32,000 nt of DNA from Candidatus Iainarchaeum sp. (lineage in GTDB: Archaea; Iainarchaeota; Iainarchaeia; Iainarchaeales; CSSED10-239). Under the pieces are notes generated by a model that saw only the letters and a program-made list of their open reading frames with translations, was not told the origin of the DNA and searched no databases. The DNA is taken from assembly GCA_037441475.1 (NCBI GenBank), contig JBBISB010000001.1, positions 6,418 to 38,417 on the forward strand, given 5' to 3'. Both the position numbers and the translations under genes were made by a program. This document shows, piece after piece, positions 26,461 through 32,000 of the stretch (the stretch's first letter is position 1; every line of letters starts with the position of its first letter).

Positions 26461-26635
26461 AAAATTTCTTAATTTTAAGAATTTTTTTTCTATTTTATGT
26501 GATGATATTTTTTAATTTATTTATCAGTCCATTTATTTTTTTAAAAAAATAGATTTTTGATTTAAAATTAATATGATGTGTTTATAAATATTTTTGTTCT
26601 ATAATATATATAATATATTTAAGTAAAAGTAATCA

Positions 26636-26708
26636 GGGCTCTTAGCTCAGCTGGTAGAGCGCGTCCCTTGCAAGGACGAGGCCGCGAGTTCGAATCTCGC
26701 AGAGTCCA
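26636..26708 (+). tRNA. tRNA-Ala (UGC) in the spacer position downstream of 16S
   Basis: GGGCTCT acceptor with G3:U70, anticodon loop CTTGCAA, GAGTTCGAATCTC T arm. Confidence 0.9.
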
Positions 26709-26821
26709 CTTAAGCTGGTTTCGGTCAGCTTGCACCCAATTTTTTTAATCAAATTAACAGGCGATTATTTAACATACTATTTTTTTAAAATTTTTAAAAT
26801 ACAAAAAAGAGGTAATAGAAT

Positions 26822-26977
26822 ATGAATACAGATAATTTCAATTTAGAAACAATACAAGCTGGTGATTGCGGATCTGATTCTTGTGGGTCTATGACACATA
26901 CAGATACTTTCCAAGTTGGATCTTGCGATTGTGGTAATAGTGGATGTTTTAGTCATAAAGAAATTTTAATGGCTTAA
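26822..26977 (+). CDS. Unannotated 51-aa cysteine-rich peptide
   Basis: Own translation MNTDNFNLETIQAGDCGSDSCGSMTHTDTFQVGSCDCGNSGCFSHKEILMA*. GAGGT SD at 26809-26813 (8 nt spacing), AT-rich TATA-like upstream, T-rich tract after the stop. Confidence 0.5.
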   Translation: MNTDNFNLETIQAGDCGSDSCGSMTHTDTFQVGSCDCGNSGCFSHKEILMA

Positions 26978-27068
26978 ATTTCTTTTTTCTTATTTTCTTT
27001 TTTTAAATACCTATTTATTTGTTTCTATCTACTATTATATCATTTAAAAAAATATAAAATGATTGATT

Positions 27069-27770
27069 ATGATGGAATTTAAAAACTCTCTAAAAATACC
27101 TTACCTAAGGTTTAATTTTTTAATAATAATAATAGTGTTAGCTCTTTTAACTATCTTAGGCTCAACAGCTTCTTTTATATCTATTATCTTAGCTTCTTTT
27201 TTAACTATAGGGCTTATTGGTGCAAATATCTTATCTACACTTAAACATTATGATTCTAAAACTATTCTTAAAATATTAGAATTATCAATAGTATATTTTG
27301 TAGCATCTTTAATTTTTATTTTCTTGCAAGCAATATTTGCAGCAATTTTTTTAATTCCAGTTTTCTTTTTAAAATCAAGTATTGATATTAACAATATTAG
27401 TTCCTTTAACTCAGGAATGTTAATTGTAATATTATTATTTTTAATAATCATCTTTGGTTTATTAGTCTTAGAGTTTATTAAAAATATTGGTTATTTAAGG
27501 TATTTAAAATCTAAGAAGTTTGAAGACTTCTTTTCTTTTAAGAAAAATATAAAAGTAATCTTTACTCATAACTTCTTAGTTGCTTTTTTATTTTTGACAG
27601 GATATTTAGTAGTTTTAACCATGTCCTTAATATTAGTTTTATCTTTCTTAAGTTTAATACTTCCTTCTTTAAGTAACTATTTTATAGGTATATTTATTGT
27701 ATTTACTTACTATTTATTTACATCTGCATCATTTATTACCTTTAATGAGGTTTATAGAGCACATAAATAG
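27069..27770 (+). CDS. Polytopic membrane protein (possibly DUF4013-like)
   Basis: Six or so hydrophobic segments. The ORF track starts at TTG 27063; ATG 27069/27072 follow. Confidence 0.6.
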   Translation: MMEFKNSLKIPYLRFNFLIIIIVLALLTILGSTASFISIILASFLTIGLIGANILSTLKHYDSKTILKILELSIVYFVASLIFIFLQAIFAAIFLIPVFFLKSSIDINNISSFNSGMLIVILLFLIIIFGLLVLEFIKNIGYLRYLKSKKFEDFFSFKKNIKVIFTHNFLVAFLFLTGYLVVLTMSLILVLSFLSLILPSLSNYFIGIFIVFTYYLFTSASFITFNEVYRAHK

Positions 27771-27804
27771 CTTTATAAACTATTTTTATCTTTATTTTAT
27801 ATAT

Positions 27805-28096
27805 AGTGGTTTATGTTTAGCACATCTTTATTTATTAAAGCAATTTAATAAAAAGGATGAGGAAGGTCCGCTCACTAAAAAACACTTTTAAAAAAGTCCT
27901 TAATGGGACTTTAGCATGCCTGAACAGAAACAAGACGGTTCTTTTCCTTTTAAAAACCTGTGATGTGTAGAACTGAGGGGAGAAGAAAGAGGCTGAAATC
28001 CTAGCAGGTAGCTAAAAAATTGGTGCAAGGAGATTTTAATATCTCCGCTTAGATTAATTGCTATTAGATACAGAAAGCGGCTTATAGTAAACCACT
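27805..28096 (+). ncRNA. rnpB: RNase P RNA, compact (about 292 nt)
   Basis: GAGGAAGGTCCG (P4 5' strand, CR-I) at about 27850; ACAGAAAGCGGCTTAT (CR-V, P4 3' strand) at about 28070. Terminal helix AGTGGTTTAT (27805-27814) pairs with GTAAACCACT (28087-28096). Confidence 0.8.
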
Positions 28097-28123
28097 ATTA
28101 ATTATTTAAAAGGGTTAAGTAAA

Positions 28124-28798
28124 ATGCGATATAAAAGACCAGCTGGATATAGAACTCCACATGAAATTATAGAAAGCGTAAAAGATATTTCTAAACGTGA
28201 AATATCATTTGGTAAAAATAAAGGTCCTTTAAACGAAATTTCTGAGAATTCTAAAAAAAGAGAAGGACATAGAGTTTTTAAAAATAAACAAGATTATGAT
28301 TATAATCTACATAATCATATAATCAAAAGATATTTATTTAGTAAAAAAGCAAAATTATCTGCTAGCTATTCAGTTTTTCCATCAACACAGGATTTAGTTA
28401 GTGTTTATTCTTCTTATTTAAAAACTGGTAAAATTAGTTCAGATATAATTTCAATTATAAAAAATAAAAAAGAAATTGGAAGAGTTCATTTTCATATAGA
28501 TAAATTTTTATTAAATTTTGAAAAAAGTTTATTAGAAATTAAAAGATATCTTGCAGAGAAAAATACTAGTTTAAAAGATAAAGGTAGTCAAGATATGTTA
28601 AAAATAATCTATTTAAATTCTTTTTTAAGTTCTAAATTTTATGTTAAAGCAACTAAAAAAAGATCTATTTTAAATATTTTTAGTAGTAGAGGTTCATTAA
28701 CTTACTATCAATTATTAGAACCAAAACAATATTTTTCAGAATTAATAAAAATTGGTCTTGTTATAAAACATGTTCCAATGCCTGGTTATGTTTTGTAA
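28124..28798 (+). CDS. Hypothetical protein, paralog family member P3
   Basis: HNHIIKR.., SVFPSTQDLVSVY, KEIGRVHFHID and C-terminal IGLVIKHVPMPGYVL align with motifs of P1/P2. Confidence 0.65.
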   Translation: MRYKRPAGYRTPHEIIESVKDISKREISFGKNKGPLNEISENSKKREGHRVFKNKQDYDYNLHNHIIKRYLFSKKAKLSASYSVFPSTQDLVSVYSSYLKTGKISSDIISIIKNKKEIGRVHFHIDKFLLNFEKSLLEIKRYLAEKNTSLKDKGSQDMLKIIYLNSFLSSKFYVKATKKRSILNIFSSRGSLTYYQLLEPKQYFSELIKIGLVIKHVPMPGYVL

Positions 28799-28835
28799 TC
28801 CTGAAAAATTAAATTTTGAAAAAAGGTAGAAAAGA

Positions 28836-29615
28836 ATGGTCGGTTTATTAAAAAATATATTTTCAAGAAAAAAACCAGTTGTCTCTATTGGTGAGATTAA
28901 TCCAAAACCAAAGGTTAAAAGAAAAGTTGTAAATGTTTCTGAAAAACAGTTAAGAGTTATAAAAATTAATGGAAAAACACAATTTTATTCTGTTAGGTTA
29001 AATGAACATGAACACTTACATCTAAGTGTTTTAGGTAAAAAGTTTGTAAAAGAACACCCTGAGATGATTAAATTTATTTCTGAAAATTTAAATAATAATT
29101 TTAAAAAATTAAACTTTGAAAATAAAAGCTTAAAATTAAAGTTAAAAAAATTTATTTCTGAAGATGGTCTTAATAATGAAAAATTATTAAAGATAGATTT
29201 GTTTTTAAAAGAAACTAAAGAAACTAAATCTTTTTTTCTAAAGGTTGCAGGAGAAGACTTTCTTGCAAAAAACGAATTTTTAGCAAACCAGGCTTTTCAA
29301 AAATATGGTATTAATACCATTAAACCACATTTTTCATTTACAAACACAAGTACAAGGAAAAGTGTTATTGTTTATGATTTTTCAAACCTTAAGACTGTTA
29401 AAGATTTATTATATGAAAATAAATTAACTTCTTTAGAAATTTTTGAAATTAATAAAAAATTATCTTCTATATATAATTCAAAAGCCTTACCTACATATGT
29501 CTACGATTACAATAAGAAAAATATATTTGATTTTAGATCTTTTAAAAATATTTTTGTAAAAAGAAATAAAGAAGGGGTTATAGAGCTTTATTTTACAGAT
29601 CTTGCAATATCTTAA
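28836..29615 (+). CDS. Hypothetical protein with a basic PKPK N-terminus; weak protein-kinase-like motif order in the C-terminal half
   Basis: FFLKV.., ..NEFLANQAFQKYGI.., VIVYDF, YDYNKKNIF, ELYFTDLA (my reading, not verified). Confidence 0.6.
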   Translation: MVGLLKNIFSRKKPVVSIGEINPKPKVKRKVVNVSEKQLRVIKINGKTQFYSVRLNEHEHLHLSVLGKKFVKEHPEMIKFISENLNNNFKKLNFENKSLKLKLKKFISEDGLNNEKLLKIDLFLKETKETKSFFLKVAGEDFLAKNEFLANQAFQKYGINTIKPHFSFTNTSTRKSVIVYDFSNLKTVKDLLYENKLTSLEIFEINKKLSSIYNSKALPTYVYDYNKKNIFDFRSFKNIFVKRNKEGVIELYFTDLAIS

Positions 29616-29653
29616 AGATAATTTTTTAATAATATTTTAAGGGAAATTTAAAT

Positions 29654-30235
29654 ATAGGGAAAATAACAACAATTACAGAGCCAATGTTTTCTGGAAAAAC
29701 AACTGAACTTTTAAGAATCAAGTCAAGAGAAGAGGTTGCAAAAAGACACTCCTTTGTTTTCAAACCTAAACTTGATGTGAGGTATTCAGATGTTTCTATA
29801 GTTAACCATAACGGTATTAAAGAAGAAGCGATATCTGTAGATTCTGCTTCTGAAATTTTAAAAAATGTAGAAGAGTATCTTTCTTCTGGCAGAAATAAAG
29901 AAATTCCTTTAATTAACATTTTTATAGATGAAGTTCAGTTTTTCACCTCTGATATCTTAGAGGTAATCTTAGAAATTTCAAAGAAAGGAATTAATGTCTT
30001 TTCTTGTGGTTTAAACCAAACCTTTGAAGGTAAGCCCTTTCCTTTTAAAGATAAAAAAGATCATATTGGAACATTAATGGCACTTTCAGATTATTTAGTA
30101 CACCTAGATGCTGTTTGTAATAACTGCGGAGAGGCTGCAACAAAAACCTATAGGTTAGGGGACTCTAAAGAGACTGTTATCTTAGGTGGTACTGAAAAAT
30201 ATCAAGCAAGATGTACAAAATGCTTTAAAAAATAA
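29654..30235 (+). CDS. tdk: Thymidine kinase (start codon uncertain; first ATG is at 29684)
   Basis: GKITTITEPMFSGKTTELL P-loop region, C-terminal zinc ribbon CNNCG..CTKC. The conserved beta-1 strand is encoded upstream of the first ATG. Confidence 0.85.
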   Translation: MGKITTITEPMFSGKTTELLRIKSREEVAKRHSFVFKPKLDVRYSDVSIVNHNGIKEEAISVDSASEILKNVEEYLSSGRNKEIPLINIFIDEVQFFTSDILEVILEISKKGINVFSCGLNQTFEGKPFPFKDKKDHIGTLMALSDYLVHLDAVCNNCGEAATKTYRLGDSKETVILGGTEKYQARCTKCFKK

Positions 30236-30310
30236 ACCCCTCTAATAAAAGAAACAACAAAGGTTTATATTCTTTATCTACTATTAATATTTACAAATTA
30301 TATAAATGTG

Positions 30311-30703
30311 ATGATTACTATGGAAGACTATATTCAATTTACTTCAAATTTAAAAGATTTTAAAAAAGATACAAAAATTGTTTTAACACCTAAGACCAGT
30401 GATTTAGATGTTTTAAAATATTATTTATCTATTCAAGGGCCAATAAATAAAGAAGTTACTTTACTTTTAGAAAAAGCAATTAATGTTAAGAAATTAGAAA
30501 AAGATAATCTAAGTCTTTTTACTTTAAATGAAACTGATTTTTTAAAAGAATTAAACTCAAAGGTTATGAAAAAGAAAATAAATGAAATTTTAGAAGATTA
30601 TAAAAAAGATCAAAAAAAAGCTTTATATAGTTCTTGTAAAGTTTATCTTTTAGAAAAGTATTTTTCAAAAAAAGAAGTCTTTCCTTCAATGCATAAAATG
30701 TGA
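30311..30703 (+). CDS. Hypothetical protein, tandem paralog A
   Basis: DVLKYYLSIQG..LLLEKAINV..SLFTLNETDFLKELNS aligns with the next ORF. Confidence 0.6.
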   Translation: MITMEDYIQFTSNLKDFKKDTKIVLTPKTSDLDVLKYYLSIQGPINKEVTLLLEKAINVKKLEKDNLSLFTLNETDFLKELNSKVMKKKINEILEDYKKDQKKALYSSCKVYLLEKYFSKKEVFPSMHKM

Positions 30704-30709
30704 ATAGTT

Positions 30710-31147
30710 ATGGATGAAACAATTAATTTTATATCAAGTACAAAAGAGTACAAGGCTGTTAAAAAAATGAAAGTTATTCCTGGTGTTAAGGAAATGGATG
30801 TTTTAGAGTTTTTAGTGTCTGTAGAAGTTACTACAAACTTACAGATAAATAGACTTCTTGAAAAAATGGTTGATATCACAAGCTTTAATTTAGAGGTTTC
30901 TAAGTTATTTACAAAAGATGCAACTTCTTTTATAAAAGAGATTAATTCATCTGCTTTTGCAAAAAACATTGAAAAGACTATTAATGATACTTATAAACAA
31001 AATAAAGAACTTTTGGATGTTTTAAAGTCCTATTCTTTAAATAAATACTTATTACATAACAAGATTATGGAAGAAGATGCTGTTGGTTATTACAAAATAT
31101 TGTTTCCTGCAAGAAAGAAGCAACTAAAGAAGGCTATCTTAAAATAG
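30710..31147 (+). CDS. Hypothetical protein, tandem paralog B
   Basis: DVLEFLVSVEV..RLLEKMVDI..KLFTKDATSFIKEINS. Confidence 0.6.
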   Translation: MDETINFISSTKEYKAVKKMKVIPGVKEMDVLEFLVSVEVTTNLQINRLLEKMVDITSFNLEVSKLFTKDATSFIKEINSSAFAKNIEKTINDTYKQNKELLDVLKSYSLNKYLLHNKIMEEDAVGYYKILFPARKKQLKKAILK

Positions 31148-31191
31148 TTTTGTTTAAATATGTTTTGCTAATATATTACATAGTAAGTAGG

Positions 31192-31320
31192 CCCCCCTTA
31201 GCATAGCGGTCTAGTGCGTCCGGCTGTAGACATTTTAGATTTATACTAAAATTAAAGAGATTTATTTCTCTTTTAATGGCGGTAACCGGAAGATCCCCAG
31301 TTCAAATCTGGGAGGGGGGA
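31192..31320 (+). tRNA. tRNA-Tyr (GUA) with a 55-nt intron at the canonical 37/38 position
   Basis: Acceptor CCCCCCT/AGGGGGG-A (C1:G72), D arm GCAT-AGCGGTCTA-GTGC, anticodon stem TCCGG (31219-23) / CCGGA (31286-90), loop CTGTAGA, T arm CCCAG-TTCAAAT-CTGGG. Intron is about 31230-31284. Confidence 0.85.
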
Positions 31321-31423
31321 TATTTTTCCTTATTCTTTTAAAACAAATATTTATAAATCCTTTAAGTGTATATACTAATATATTTATACATATTTGTATT
31401 TTTATTGAATTTAATGTGATAAA

Positions 31424-31990
31424 ATGAAAGTATATATTATACATGGATGGGGAGCAAACCCTAAATCAGATTGGTTTCCTTATTTAAAAGAAAAATTAAA
31501 AGAAAGAGGTTATTTAGTATTAGTTCCAATAATGTCTGACACAGATAATCCTAAGATTAAACCCTGGGTTTCTAAATTAGAATCCTTAAAGGTTACAGAA
31601 AAAACAATATTTGTTGGACACTCTGTGGGCTGTCAAACTATCTTAAGGTTTTTAGAAAAATATAATGGAAAAGTAGGCAAAGTAATTTTAGTTGCTACTT
31701 GGATGACTATTAATAAAAATAATTTAGATGAAAATGAAGAGTGGTCAATTGCAAAACCATGGGCTGAGACTTTAATTGATTTTAAAAAAGTTAAAGATAA
31801 AGCTAAAGAGTTTATTGTGATTTATTCGCAAGACGATCTTTATGCAATTTTAAAAGATATTAAAAAATTAATAAAAACATTAAATGCAAAAGAAGTAAAT
31901 GTTGGAAAAAAAGGACATCTCTGCACTGGTGATGGAGTCACTACTCTTCCTGAAGCTTTAAAATTTTTTAAAAAAATAAAAAAAGAATGA
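31424..31990 (+). CDS. Alpha/beta serine hydrolase (YdeN/RBBP9-like)
   Basis: VYIIHGWGANP, nucleophile elbow GHSVGC, 188 aa. Confidence 0.7.
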   Translation: MKVYIIHGWGANPKSDWFPYLKEKLKERGYLVLVPIMSDTDNPKIKPWVSKLESLKVTEKTIFVGHSVGCQTILRFLEKYNGKVGKVILVATWMTINKNNLDENEEWSIAKPWAETLIDFKKVKDKAKEFIVIYSQDDLYAILKDIKKLIKTLNAKEVNVGKKGHLCTGDGVTTLPEALKFFKKIKKE

Positions 31991-32000
31991 AATAATTATG

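Noticed and set aside
26709-26821. Start of a 23S rRNA or a 23S processing stem after tRNA-Ala
   Set aside because: Apart from one 6-bp hairpin the segment is AT-rich promoter-like sequence leading into the small peptide gene. No 23S 5' consensus is recognisable.
27697-27891. 64-aa ORF in the track
   Set aside because: It overlaps the end of the membrane-protein gene and the 5' part of the RNase P RNA, including the conserved GAGGAAGGTCCG. No coding signal is apparent.
31262-31444. 60-aa minus-strand ORF
   Set aside because: It is antisense to the 3' exon and intron of tRNA-Tyr.

Overview
AT-rich archaeal chromosome segment (GC roughly 25-30% by eye), most consistent with a small-genome DPANN-type archaeon. 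Supporting signs: a 16S rRNA with 5' ATTCCAGCTGATCCTGCTGG and 3' GGATCACCTCCT; an intron-containing tRNA-Tyr with a C1:G72 pair; FEN-1, Dph2, deoxyhypusine synthase, L40e/L41e and an RNase P RNA. All calls are made by eye from the ORF track and my own translations; no searches were run. Housekeeping content: bacterial-type excision repair (uvrC, uvrB), Dph2, Fe/Mn SOD, a DnaQ-like exonuclease, and a deoxyhypusine synthase / PLP decarboxylase / agmatinase polyamine cluster. Also present: a DEAD-box helicase, site-2 protease, two HIT proteins, FEN-1, thymidine kinase, four tRNAs (Gly, Glu, Ala, Tyr), and a 16S-tRNAAla unit with no 23S after it. Non-routine content: (1) much gene decay, comprising a frameshifted, truncated mnmA fused to an ABC-permease remnant, an RbsB-like remnant, a nonsense-inactivated RelE/ParE-like toxin, and three frameshifts in A/T homopolymers that could be sequencing errors. 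(2) Two toxin-antitoxin-like modules, one flanked by a 15-bp direct repeat. (3) An encapsulated-ferritin-family gene with no encapsulin shell gene nearby. (4) An unannotated 51-codon cysteine-rich peptide gene plus a polytopic membrane protein in the position where 23S would normally sit. (5) A lineage-specific paralog family present in at least three copies (10211-11555 and 28124-28798), with possible distant members, one of them inside the hypusine/polyamine operon. No CRISPR array, transposase or integrase was recognised. The genetic code appears standard, since TAA, TAG and TGA all terminate conserved genes.
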